Positions 53,546-64,000 of a DNA stretch of 64,000 nucleotides are shown here, one piece after another. Under the pieces are notes generated by a model. It did no database searches, was not told the DNA's origin, and was given only the letters and a program-made list of their open reading frames with translations. Location: positions 580,531 to 644,530 of the forward strand of contig CBDBIN010000045.1 of assembly GCA_965206125.1 (NCBI GenBank), given 5' to 3'. The DNA comes from Terriglobia bacterium. Its GTDB lineage: Bacteria > Acidobacteriota > Terriglobia > 20CM-2-55-15. The position numbers and the translations under genes are program-made. Within the stretch, counting starts at the first letter, position 1. The number at the start of each line of letters is the position of its first letter.

Positions 53546-55090
53546 TCAGGAGTGGGCCTGTACCCACAATTCCGTAAGCTTGTACTTCTGGATCTTCCCA
53601 CTCGGGGTCGTTGGGAACGATTCGACAAAATCGACGTACTCGGGCACTTTGAAATGGGCGAGTTGGGCCCGGCAGAACTCGGCTACCTCGTCGAACCCGA
53701 GCCGAGCGCCCTCCTTCAGCCGGATGGCAGCAGCGACCTTCTGGCCGAAAAACTCGTCCGGCACGCCGTATACGTAACCCTCCTGGATCGAGGGATGGGT
53801 CAGAAGCAGCTCTTCGATCTCTCTGGGCGAGACGTTCTCGCCCCCGCGGATGATGAGATCTTTGCTACGGCCGGTGATACGAACATATCCCTCTTCGTCG
53901 ATCGTGGCTAGATCGCCTGTGTGCAGCCATCCATCGCGCACGGCACGCTCGGTCTGGTCCGGCATGTCGTAGTACCCCAGCATGACGTGGTACCCCCGCG
54001 TGATCAGTTCGCCTTCCTGGCCCGGGGAAAGCTCTTGTCCACTCTCAGGATCGACGACCCGGATTTCGACATCGGGCAAAACCCGTCCGACCGTCCCGAC
54101 CCGGCGATCGAGTGTGTCGTCCGTGAACGTCATCGTCACGCCCGGCGAAGCTTCGGTCAGCCCGTAAGCGATCGTCATTTCGCGCGCGCCCATGCGCTCG
54201 ATCACATCCTTCATGACTTCTCTGGGGCAGGGCGAACCGGCCATGATTCCCGTGCGCAAAGAACTCACATCGAACCGGTCGAAATCAGGGTGGTTCAGCT
54301 CGGCGATAAACATCGACGGCACGCCGTAGAGGACCGTGCACCGATGCTTGTCTACAGCCTTGAGGACTTCCAACGGCTTGAACTCCTGGAGAACAACCAT
54401 CGGTACGGCGTGCGTGTACGCGCCGAGCACACCGATAACGCACCCAAAGCAGTGGAAAAGCGGCACCGTCAAGCAGAGTGTATCGGCAGCGGTCAATCCC
54501 AGGCGATCCCCGATGTCCAGTCCGTTCTTCAGGATGTTGTGGTGACTCAGCATGACGCCTTTGGGAAAGCCCGTGGTCCCGGAGGTGTACTGCATGTTGA
54601 TGCATTCATCCGGATGCAGCTCAATGTCCGGAGCGAACCGATCCGGTTCGCCGATAAGTCGGGATGTATCCCGGGGCAGTACGAGCACATGTTCCAGGTC
54701 CTCGAGGCCGGCCCGGACTGCGGCCAGTTCGGCGACGAAGTCGATGTCTCGCATGCCCGGAACCATCGCCAGCCCCTTCGCCCTGGACTGCGAAAGGACC
54801 CACTCGAGTTCTTTCCCGCGAAGTCCGGTGTTGACGGTCAATTGAATGACGCCGATCTTCGCCGTCCCGAACTGCAGCAGGACCCACTCCGGTATGTTGT
54901 TCGCCCATACGGCGAACCGGTCCCCCTTTCGGAAACCCATGCTCCACAGGTTGGCCGCGATGTTCGTCGCCAGGCGATCGATTTCGCCGAAGGTGTAGGC
55001 GTCACCGGTTTCGGGAAAGATCAGAGCAGGGCGATCGGGGTACTCCGAGGCCAGGTCGGAAATGAGGCGGCCTATGGTCGAGGGTTGCAT
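53546..55090 (-). CDS. AMP-dependent acyl-CoA synthetase/ligase
   Basis: YTSGTTGFPKGV (AMP-binding motif I), ...GYGLTE..., ...RTGDLATIDEEGYVRITGRSKD, and terminal ...PTTPSGKIQK. 514 aa. Confidence 0.85.
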   Translation of the reverse strand: MQPSTIGRLISDLASEYPDRPALIFPETGDAYTFGEIDRLATNIAANLWSMGFRKGDRFAVWANNIPEWVLLQFGTAKIGVIQLTVNTGLRGKELEWVLSQSRAKGLAMVPGMRDIDFVAELAAVRAGLEDLEHVLVLPRDTSRLIGEPDRFAPDIELHPDECINMQYTSGTTGFPKGVMLSHHNILKNGLDIGDRLGLTAADTLCLTVPLFHCFGCVIGVLGAYTHAVPMVVLQEFKPLEVLKAVDKHRCTVLYGVPSMFIAELNHPDFDRFDVSSLRTGIMAGSPCPREVMKDVIERMGAREMTIAYGLTEASPGVTMTFTDDTLDRRVGTVGRVLPDVEIRVVDPESGQELSPGQEGELITRGYHVMLGYYDMPDQTERAVRDGWLHTGDLATIDEEGYVRITGRSKDLIIRGGENVSPREIEELLLTHPSIQEGYVYGVPDEFFGQKVAAAIRLKEGARLGFDEVAEFCRAQLAHFKVPEYVDFVESFPTTPSGKIQKYKLTELWVQAHS

Positions 55091-55277
55091 GGTCGATTCC
55101 CGCTTCTGAAGATACCGCAGGAGGTTAGGAGCCTGGGGTGAAAATCGCTTAGCAGCCGTGGCGGCGCTCGTAGACGTCTGTGACCGCCGATTCCGATTTG
55201 TTCTTCGAATCAGCGGTGACAGATTTCGAATGGTTCATTTGCCTGAAGCACGGAAGTGTGGAGGAAAGAGGCTTTCA

Positions 55278-55323
55278 CTGCAGCGGCGATCTATGCCTCT
55301 CGTAGACCGCCTCTACAGTGTAG
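55278..55323. repeat. imperfect palindrome CTGCAGCGGCGATCTATG...CGTAGACCGCCTCTACAG; related to the element at 56803-56874
   Basis: Arms match 14 of 18 positions as an inverted repeat. Shares the CTG(T/C)AGCGGCG(G/A)TCTATG core with the downstream palindrome. Confidence 0.45.
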
Positions 55324-55400
55324 ACCCTACTTTCACCACAGGCTGTTAGCGGGTGCGCGGGCAAAGTCAAAGAGGGAGTCGAGGATCGACGACGGACGCG

Positions 55401-55700
55401 TCAGGCGGCCTTTTCGGTAGCCTTTCGGAGCGAGGATGCAACCCGTTTCCCGTAGAGCTCGCGGGCAGCCTTGAGGATTCGGGCCTCCTGAGCCTGCTGG
55501 TACGAGATGGCTTCGCGTTCGGCCCACGCTCGCAGGTTGCCGGCATCCGGGCTGTTGCGAAAGTCCTTACCGAAGCTGCAGCACCAGCGGACGAAAACCT
55601 GCGCTATTCCCGCTGGCCCGGTTTTCCTCCGAGGGCCTGGCGCATCGATTCTTTCGGTCTCGAAAAGCGAACGCGCTTGAACATTGGAACTAGCCATCAT
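55401..55700 (-). CDS. small hypothetical protein (99 aa)
   Basis: ORF with moderate coding appearance, divergent from the E1-alpha gene. No recognisable domain. Confidence 0.25.
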   Translation of the reverse strand: MMASSNVQARSLFETERIDAPGPRRKTGPAGIAQVFVRWCCSFGKDFRNSPDAGNLRAWAEREAISYQQAQEARILKAARELYGKRVASSLRKATEKAA

Positions 55701-55740
55701 CTACACTATCTTCGTCCGACCGAGGACAGATAGGGTCCGC

Positions 55741-56775
55741 ATGGAAGAACCGAACCAGCATTATTCCCGCGACCGAGTTTTTCGCTCCGCAGATCTCAAA
55801 GCCGCCGACCTGGTTCGCCTCTACTACTATCTGCGCCTGAATCGAACGCTCGAGGAACGCCTGTCCGCTCTCTACCGTCAGGGAACCGTTACCGCCACCG
55901 TGTTTACGAGCCGCGGCCAGGAGGCCACGTCGGTCGGCAGCGCCTACGCCCTGGGTTCGAAGGATTTCGTGAGCCCGTTGACACGGAATCTGGGCACGAT
56001 GCTCGTGCGGGGTGTCTCCCCACGTGACATATTCGCCCAATACCTGGGGAAAGCAACGAGCCCGACGCGCGGAAAGGAACGCATCCACTACTTCGGCGAC
56101 CTCGATCTGGGTCTGGTCGCGTCGCTCAGCGTCCTGGGCGACATGGTGCCCGTCATGGCCGGGGTTGCGCTCGCCCTGGCCCGCAGGGGCGATGGCATCG
56201 CTCTGGTCTATGTTGGCGACGGCACAACCAGCACGGGAGACTTTCACGAAGGCCTGAACATGGCTTCCGTACTGAGCCTGCCCCTGGTCGTCGTCATCGA
56301 GAACAACGGCTACGCCTACTCCACGCCGGTCAACCGCCAGACCGCGATCGCGAACCTCGGCCTGAGGGCTCGCAGTTACGGGATACCGTCGGAAACCATC
56401 GACGGCACCGATGTGCTCGAAGTGTACGACGCCACGCAACGGGCCATCGTCAGAGCGCGCCGGGGCGACGGGCCGTCGATAATCGAAGCGCAGACGATGC
56501 GGATGCAGGGCCATTCCGACGCCGACGACAGCTGGTATGTGCCCGCTCCCGAGCTGGAAAACTGGAAAACTCGCGATCCGATCCGGTGTCTCGAACGGCG
56601 CCTCGACGGCGACGGGCTGCTGACACCTGCCGTTACGGCAGATATCTCGTCGCGGATCACCAGGGAACTGGAGATCGACCTTGATTCCGCCCTTCGGAGC
56701 CCCCAACCGGAGCCGGAAACGGCGCTGGACGGCGTCTACGCGACACCCCTCAGAAACGCTCCGGATTTGGGCTAA
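55741..56775 (+). CDS. thiamine-diphosphate-dependent 2-oxoacid dehydrogenase E1 component alpha subunit (pyruvate / acetoin / branched-chain type); no beta subunit adjacent
   Basis: YRLMVLTR-type motif (LYYYLRLNRTLEERLSALYRQG), GQEA, and the TPP-binding YVGDGTTSTGDFHEGLNMASVLSLPLVVVIENNGYA. Confidence 0.8.
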   Translation: MEEPNQHYSRDRVFRSADLKAADLVRLYYYLRLNRTLEERLSALYRQGTVTATVFTSRGQEATSVGSAYALGSKDFVSPLTRNLGTMLVRGVSPRDIFAQYLGKATSPTRGKERIHYFGDLDLGLVASLSVLGDMVPVMAGVALALARRGDGIALVYVGDGTTSTGDFHEGLNMASVLSLPLVVVIENNGYAYSTPVNRQTAIANLGLRARSYGIPSETIDGTDVLEVYDATQRAIVRARRGDGPSIIEAQTMRMQGHSDADDSWYVPAPELENWKTRDPIRCLERRLDGDGLLTPAVTADISSRITRELEIDLDSALRSPQPEPETALDGVYATPLRNAPDLG

Positions 56776-56802
56776 ACCCCGTCGTGAAGATCAGGACTCC
56801 TG

Positions 56803-56874
56803 CTGTAGCGGCGGTCTATGAGCGCCGAAAAGCTTTCGGACTTAGATTCCGGCGGTCATAGACCGCCGCTACAG
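56803..56874. repeat. 72-nt near-perfect palindrome (CTGTAGCGGCGGTCTATGA ... TCATAGACCGCCGCTACAG) with an internal CCGAAAAGCTTTCGG hairpin
   Basis: The 19-nt arms are perfectly complementary. Lies 28 nt downstream of the E1-alpha stop and 60 nt upstream of the J-domain gene. Confidence 0.6.
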
Positions 56875-56933
56875 TAGGAGCCTCCTTTTGGGGACCGCTA
56901 AAGTTTGTCGCTTGCCCCGTCGATACCGACGAT

Positions 56934-57878
56934 ATGGTAACGATCCTCGAACTCGCCCGCGAAATCCGGCACCACATCGTCAACCACTCCACCGGAAGGC
57001 TGGATCTTGCCTATGACGACCGCCATGTTTTCGTCGATTTCTCCGACGGTACCGTCATCACGTCCCGCGAGGTGTTTCTGCCCTGTCTACGTGAAAACCC
57101 GATCGGGTTCGAGTTCTACACCAGAGAGATACCGGTTCCCGAGGACCACGAGAGCGGCGCTTCGTACCTGATAGAAGCGATGGAATCCCTCAGTCCGGAG
57201 ATCCTGGGCGCCGTCTGGGCACCCTACGTGGAATGGACGATCGACCTCCCACAGGACCCCGAAATTCACCGCAGCCTGGTCGGGGATCATCAGGCCGAAG
57301 GCCCGGGCCGGCTTCGTCGCATGATGAGACTGGCGGTGGCAGGCGTACTCAAGCTGGAGCCACCCGCTCTCAAGTCGGTCGAAGAAGAGATCGTGTCGAT
57401 TCGCCAGGGAACCGGACGGGGCGACTACTGGCAGGTGCTGGGGATCGGACGGACGGCCACGGCCGCAGACGTGAAGCACGCGTACCGCAAGCTCGTCCGA
57501 AAGTACCATCCGGACCGCTGGCATTCGAACGAAAACTCCGAACTCGGTGAACGAGCCGCCGAGGCGTTTCTCGACGTACGGTACTGCTACGAACGCGCGC
57601 TGGCTGCTGTACCCACCCCACTGCCGGCGCCTGCATCGCCACGAACGGAACCGGTTGAAGCGACGCGGCCGGCAGCCGCACCGATGCCGCCCCAGGAACA
57701 GGCGCAGCCCAGGGAGCAACCGCCTCTGACGCAGACGGCACCCGGAAAGTCCGCCCAGCCGAAGGCCCAGGACGCCGCCGCCATGGCCGGCCGTTATTCG
57801 GCCTCCCACGACAAGCAGTTGTCCAACCAGAACAGCTTATTCCGGCGGATCTTCGAAAAGGTGTTCAAAGCCGCCTGA
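56934..57878 (+). CDS. J-domain (DnaJ-like) protein with a Pro/Ala/Gln-rich C-terminal region
   Basis: DYWQVLGIGRTATAADVKHAYRKLVRKYHPDR is a J domain with the HPD motif in the middle of the protein. Low-complexity C-terminus. Confidence 0.55.
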   Translation: MVTILELAREIRHHIVNHSTGRLDLAYDDRHVFVDFSDGTVITSREVFLPCLRENPIGFEFYTREIPVPEDHESGASYLIEAMESLSPEILGAVWAPYVEWTIDLPQDPEIHRSLVGDHQAEGPGRLRRMMRLAVAGVLKLEPPALKSVEEEIVSIRQGTGRGDYWQVLGIGRTATAADVKHAYRKLVRKYHPDRWHSNENSELGERAAEAFLDVRYCYERALAAVPTPLPAPASPRTEPVEATRPAAAPMPPQEQAQPREQPPLTQTAPGKSAQPKAQDAAAMAGRYSASHDKQLSNQNSLFRRIFEKVFKAA

Positions 57879-57951
57879 AGCCCATTCCCGCCGCCGCCTG
57901 TGGTAGAACCCTCGAGGTTCGTTCCTGACACGGGCTGGTACAATCGCGGTC

Positions 57952-58983
57952 GTGCCTGAAGAGTCGCCCACAACGTCAGCAGAGTGGACTGATCACCTCG
58001 ACTCCCGTTTTCCCAGGGAGCCCCTCGCGACGCTGCCGACACCTCTGGATTACCTGCCCAACCTCACGCAGCATCTCGGCGGTCCCCGGATATATATCAA
58101 GAGAGACGACCTGACGGGCCTGGCACTGGGTGGAGACAAGCCCAGGAAGCTGGAGTACCTGCTGGCGGATGCGAAGCGGCTGGGCGCAGACATCGTCATC
58201 ACCGGCGGGAGTTCCCAGTCTAACCACGTCCGCCTCACCGGAGTTGCATGCCGCAAGCTCGGCTTGCGGACCATCGCGCTCTGCACCGCGGACGAGCACG
58301 CCGCCAACACGGGCAACCTGCTGCTCAGCCGCATCCTGGGGATCGAGATTCAATTCCATGAAGTGGCCGGAGGCGACCATTGGCTGCTCGTACCCCTGAT
58401 GGAAGCCGAGTGTGACCGGCTCCGGAGTGAGGGATCGAGACCGTACCTGATCCCGATCAGCGGCACCACGACCCTGTCATGCCTGGGATATGTCCGGTGC
58501 GCCTGGGAACTGTCGGATCAGTTTGACCGGAGCGACATTACCCCAACAGCGCTCTATATCACCTCCGGGACAGGCGGAAACCTCGGGGCGCTCGCTGTGG
58601 GCTTCTCGGTGGTAGGACGCCGGATGCGGATGGTTGGCGTGAACGTCAACCGGGCCGGAGCTGAAGCGATGGATCTGGCCGAAAAGTGGCGGGATGAGAC
58701 GGCGACGCTGATCGGCGTACCGTGCGACACCAGAGTGGAGCTGGAAGGGGGCTTCGTCGGGTCGGGTTACGGGGAGATGACCGCCGAGTGCGCCGAAGCG
58801 ATCCGCATTTTTGCCGAGACCGAGGGCATCTTTCTTGACCCAGTTTACACGGGCAAGGCGGGGGCCGGTCTGATCGCCCACATCCGGGAGGGCAGGCTGA
58901 CCGTGGACGATACAGTGGTGTTCGTACATACCGGAGGGATTCCGGCATTGTTCGCGTATTCGGAGGAATTGGGAGTGGGATGA
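57952..58983 (+). CDS. PLP-dependent ACC deaminase / D-cysteine desulfhydrase family enzyme
   Basis: ...LPTPLDYLPNLTQHLGGPRIYIKRDDLTGLALGGDKPRKLEYLL... is the family N-terminal signature with the PLP lysine in GDKPRKLE. Then ...GGSSQSNHV... Confidence 0.8.
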   Translation: MPEESPTTSAEWTDHLDSRFPREPLATLPTPLDYLPNLTQHLGGPRIYIKRDDLTGLALGGDKPRKLEYLLADAKRLGADIVITGGSSQSNHVRLTGVACRKLGLRTIALCTADEHAANTGNLLLSRILGIEIQFHEVAGGDHWLLVPLMEAECDRLRSEGSRPYLIPISGTTTLSCLGYVRCAWELSDQFDRSDITPTALYITSGTGGNLGALAVGFSVVGRRMRMVGVNVNRAGAEAMDLAEKWRDETATLIGVPCDTRVELEGGFVGSGYGEMTAECAEAIRIFAETEGIFLDPVYTGKAGAGLIAHIREGRLTVDDTVVFVHTGGIPALFAYSEELGVG

Positions 58984-59122
58984 ATCTCAGACTTTCTATT
59001 TGAGGATTGGAGGATTGGAATTGGACGTTTGAGATTGGAAACTAATCAATTTGTCATTAGGCCGGTAAATGCTGAGGTTGATCAATATCCGACGTCCAAT
59101 GTCAAATAGGAAGGACCCCTCC

Positions 59123-59161
59123 CCCCTAAAAAAAGCTCCCTGTCCAAGAGGACAGGGAGCT
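59123..59161 (-). terminator. Rho-independent terminator of groEL
   Basis: Minus-strand AGCTCCCTGTCC-TCTT-GGACAGGGAGCT is a perfect 12-bp stem, followed by TTTTTTTAGGGG. Confidence 0.8.
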
Positions 59162-59191
59162 TTCGAATAGGGCCACCGCTGGCGCGGGCTG

Positions 59192-61157
<1,966 letters not shown>

Positions 61158-61198
61158 CTCTACTTCTCCTTTGTTTTTAAGAAGATTACATCGGCAGA

Positions 61199-61225
61199 TT
61201 AGCACTCACTAACGCCGAGTGCTAA
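61199..61225. promoter_or_regulatory. CIRCE operator (HrcA binding site), perfect consensus
   Basis: TTAGCACTC-ACTAACGCC-GAGTGCTAA. A 9-nt spacer, matching the CIRCE consensus TTAGCACTC-N9-GAGTGCTAA. Sits 42 nt upstream of the groES start. Confidence 0.9.
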
Positions 61226-61253
61226 TAATATGAACGGTGTTTGCCGGTGTCAA
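61225..61253 (-). promoter_or_regulatory. sigma70-type groESL promoter (minus strand): TTGACA, 17 nt spacer, TATTAT
   Basis: Minus-strand read TTGACACCGGCAAACACCGTTCATATTATTAGCACTC. The -10 abuts the CIRCE. Confidence 0.6.
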
Positions 61254-61478
61254 TACCGGGATTGACGATCGGTGGGAAATTGCAGAAAAATGGCGCTCAG
61301 CAGTGCGTGTGCGTGGACTACCCGGCCGACTGGCTCTGGCAGCCCGCGGCAGAAGCCTGATGGCTCGCGCGCATGGGTCTTCGGAGTCGAAGACGAGGCG
61401 CGAGGAGGAGGTGATGCTGCTTCATCATGGCGACGAGCAACGAAGTATACGCCTCCGAACCCCCATGCACCCAAAGGG

Positions 61479-61784
61479 TTACGGCGACGTCACACGATGG
61501 GCTTTCAGGACGATCTCCAACTCCCCCCGGTCGAGATATACACCCTCGCAGCCGCCGCACCGGTCCACGGTAACCAGATCCCGGTAGAGCTCTTCTTTCA
61601 GTTGCCCGCCGCATTTGGGACAGGTCATCCAGTAGGGCTGGTCCTTGTTGGCTTCTTCGAGTGCCTGGCGGTGGGCGGCGGCCTCAGCGCGGAACTTCGC
61701 GATCAGCTCCTGGTCCTTCTTGAAGAAGTACTCGTCTTCCTTGCTGTAGCCGAGCTGCCGCAGATCATCGCTCATACTCATCAA
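61479..61784 (-). CDS. zinc-ribbon domain protein (CPxCG...CxxC), hypothetical
   Basis: WMTCPKCGGQL...VDRCGGCEGVYLDRGELE is a four-Cys zinc ribbon. N-terminal helical region. 101 aa. Confidence 0.4.
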   Translation of the reverse strand: MMSMSDDLRQLGYSKEDEYFFKKDQELIAKFRAEAAAHRQALEEANKDQPYWMTCPKCGGQLKEELYRDLVTVDRCGGCEGVYLDRGELEIVLKAHRVTSP

Positions 61785-61791
61785 AATAACC

Positions 61792-63438
61792 TCACTGTGA
61801 TACCAGGGGATTGATCAATGCCGGCCCGCTCGGCCGTTCACCCAACTCCAGCAGAGCATGATAGACCAGCTTCACCACGTTCTCCATCTTCAGGTAGTTG
61901 ATCTTGTCCGCCGTGTCATTCGGCGTGTGGTAATCGGGGTGCATTCCGCCGAAGAGGAACACAGCCGGCACACCACGGGCCAGGAACGACCAGTGGTCGC
62001 TCCTCTGCAGCAGATTATCGGCGCCCCGGTCGTAACGGAATCTCAGGTCGAGCCCGACGGACGTATTGGATTTCTCCAGCACAGAGCGGAACTCCCGGCT
62101 GAAAATGGATCCGAGAACGTTGATCGAGTTCTCGTTCTGCCGCGCCCGCTCGGCAGGCACACCCTGGCCCCGGTTTGCCGGGTGATCCTCGTTGCGTCCA
62201 ATCATGTCCAATTGAACCATGGCCACGGTCCGGGCAAGCGGTTCGACCGGATCCCGGACGTAGTGCCGACTGCCCAGCATTCCCTTCTCTTCTCCCGCCC
62301 AGGCGCTTAGCAAGACCGTACGGCCCGGACGGACTCCGGAACCGAACGCCTCAGCAAGTTCCAGCAGCGCACTCGTTCCCGAAGCGTCGTCGTCGGCGCC
62401 GTTCCAGATCCTGCCGTTTTCGGCACCGTCGTGGTCGTAATGAGCTCCCACTACGATGACCTCCTCTCGGAGGGCCGGGTTCGATCCGGGTACGCGAGCG
62501 ATGACGTTCCTGGCGGTGTAGGCGTCTCTGGTCAGATCCACAACGAGCCTCGCCGACCACGACAAGAGGCTTGACCGGCTCTCAAGGTCTCGATCGATCC
62601 CGGCCTGGATCGCCCTCAAGCCCGGAAGCAGCCGGGGACCCGCACCCCTCGACAGCAGTACCGTGGGAATGGCCGTACCATCTCGGTCCGGCGGCAATTC
62701 CATCGTGACGTTTCTGGGCGAAAGACCGGGACGCAGGCTGGCGGCCAAGGACCCGATCGAAGCCGCAGAGCCGAGCGGGCCCTGAACGACGATCAGGCCG
62801 ATCGCACCAGCCTCGGCCGCGTTGGCGGCTTTGCTCGGGATGGACGAGAACTCATCGAGCGACGCGACGTTGAACGGAGACTGGGGGTCACGGGCCCGAG
62901 GTTGTCCGTCCAGGACGACCGCGATCCTGCCCGCGACATCGACGCCGCTAAAATCGTCATAGTCCAGCGCCGGTGCCCGTATGCCGTAGCCGGCAAAGGC
63001 GAGCGGCCCCTCCACGACACCGTTCGGCGACGTCGTGACCGGCACGAAGTCGCGCCCCGGCCGAAAGACTTCCGTCCGGCTACCCGTCGTCTCGAACACG
63101 TTGCCGTCGCCCAGACTCAACCGCTCGACCGTAAACTCCTGGAAATAGCTGCCATCCGGTCCGGAAGGCAGTCCGGATTCAGCAAAGGCGGCAGCGATGT
63201 AATCCGCCGCCCGGTCCAGGTCCGCCGTGCCGTTTCCGCGACCCCGAAACTCGTCCGAAGCCAGGTAACTCACTTTTTCACGAAGTTCTTCAGCCCGTAT
63301 GGACTCAGGTCCGTGGCTCGGAGCCTGGGCGTCGAGAAGGCCGGCCAGCCCGATAACCGAGACCAGCAGAGCGCCCAGCACGCTCCTGGTGGTTACCCGG
63401 ACCCTCCCTCGTGCATCGTCAAAAATGGTGGTTGGCAT
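61792..63438 (-). CDS. M28-family aminopeptidase with PA domain, secreted
   Basis: Start MPTTIFDDARGRVRVTTRSVLGALLVSVIGLAGLL (signal). M28 metal-ligand motifs: VVGAHYDHDG, ...GADDDASGTSALLELAEAF, ...LLSAWAGEEKGMLGS, ...HTPNDT. Confidence 0.75.
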   Translation of the reverse strand: MPTTIFDDARGRVRVTTRSVLGALLVSVIGLAGLLDAQAPSHGPESIRAEELREKVSYLASDEFRGRGNGTADLDRAADYIAAAFAESGLPSGPDGSYFQEFTVERLSLGDGNVFETTGSRTEVFRPGRDFVPVTTSPNGVVEGPLAFAGYGIRAPALDYDDFSGVDVAGRIAVVLDGQPRARDPQSPFNVASLDEFSSIPSKAANAAEAGAIGLIVVQGPLGSAASIGSLAASLRPGLSPRNVTMELPPDRDGTAIPTVLLSRGAGPRLLPGLRAIQAGIDRDLESRSSLLSWSARLVVDLTRDAYTARNVIARVPGSNPALREEVIVVGAHYDHDGAENGRIWNGADDDASGTSALLELAEAFGSGVRPGRTVLLSAWAGEEKGMLGSRHYVRDPVEPLARTVAMVQLDMIGRNEDHPANRGQGVPAERARQNENSINVLGSIFSREFRSVLEKSNTSVGLDLRFRYDRGADNLLQRSDHWSFLARGVPAVFLFGGMHPDYHTPNDTADKINYLKMENVVKLVYHALLELGERPSGPALINPLVSQ

Positions 63439-64000
63439 GTTTGACGTTCTGTCTGAAGTCACTTCCCACCATCTTGACGGTCTTGCACATCTCATACAGG
63501 CGGGATCGCATGCGTTCGCCAATGCGGTCGGTCAGCGAATCCGATATCCCCTTGCGGGCAGTCGTCCCCGCAGTCTCGTCGGGAAAATTCGTCGTCAGGA
63601 TCGTGACCTTGTTCTCGTTGTAGCGGTGGTTGAGGATGTAACCGACGGTGTCTCGAACCCAGGATGACGGGTTCTGCGCGCCCAACTCATCGAGGAACAG
63701 GACCTCGGCGTCGAGCACCGGGGCCAGCAGAGACAGTTCCGACGCCTTCGACACGGGGTTGTAGGAATTCTGAATCTCCTTGAGCAGTTCGGGGAACGGC
63801 CGAAACAGGCAGGCGACCGACTTGTCTCGGATCAGACACTTGATGATTCCGACGCCCAGGTGAGTCTTGCCGACGCCGGGGCGGCCCATAAACAGGAGCC
63901 CGAACGGAGGAGACATCGGATACTCTTCAACGAACCGTTCCGCGGCCATCTTGGCGTTTCCGATCGACGGGGTGGTCAGCGAGGGGCTGAGTTCGAATAT
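63419..64000 (-). CDS. DnaC/IstB-like AAA+ ATPase (helicase-loader-like); partial, N-terminus beyond the right window edge
   Basis: LLFMGRPGVGKTHLGVGI (Walker A), VLFLDELG (Walker B), ...TILTTNF..., ...LTDRIGERMRSRLYEMC. The Walker A sits only ~20 aa from the ORF start, so the true start lies upstream of the window. Confidence 0.55.
   Translation of the reverse strand: MFELSPSLTTPSIGNAKMAAERFVEEYPMSPPFGLLFMGRPGVGKTHLGVGIIKCLIRDKSVACLFRPFPELLKEIQNSYNPVSKASELSLLAPVLDAEVLFLDELGAQNPSSWVRDTVGYILNHRYNENKVTILTTNFPDETAGTTARKGISDSLTDRIGERMRSRLYEMCKTVKMVGSDFRQNVKHANHHF

Overview
High-GC (about 60-65%) bacterial chromosomal window. The gene content suggests an Acidobacteriota-like organism: three TIGR03436-type VWA paralogs and many Planctomycete-type secreted-protein families (DUF1549/DUF1553, DUF1501, DUF1552, DUF1592-family), but this is inference. 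From left to right the window holds: (1) a partial IS1380-family transposase at the left edge; (2) a roughly 13 kb decayed phage-derived integrative element next to tRNA-Gly(GCC). It carries a HicB/HicA-like pair, tape measure, TerL, P27-type TerS, HNH endonuclease, a primase-helicase followed by an iteron array, excisionase-like and XRE regulators, and a frameshifted tyrosine integrase; portal and capsid genes are absent. (3) A housekeeping block: yraN, a class-III aminotransferase, cysS, two tandem VWA genes, ddl, ltaE, hemW, panE. (4) A large cluster of secreted proteins containing two paralogous cassettes of [DUF1592-family cytochrome-like / DUF1552 / ankyrin-repeat protein] flanking a DUF1549-DUF1553 / DUF1501 / FGE-like / cytochrome c set. 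(5) A small lower-GC islet with a DUF2971 protein and a P-loop kinase-like::dCMP-deaminase fusion that resembles antiphage nucleotide-depleting dCTP deaminases. (6) ligA, an acyl-CoA synthetase, an orphan E1-alpha, a J-domain protein, an ACC-deaminase-family enzyme, groES-groEL with a perfect CIRCE operator, an M28 peptidase and a partial DnaC/IstB-like ATPase. Non-coding signals include a promoter-plus-terminator-bounded candidate sRNA of about 200 nt, two families of dispersed or palindromic intergenic repeats, and several intrinsic terminators. No CRISPR array or rRNA was seen. The ORF track omits ORFs that run off the window edges; the transposase and the DnaC-like gene were found by manual translation. 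All family assignments are by eye and need HMM or BLAST confirmation.
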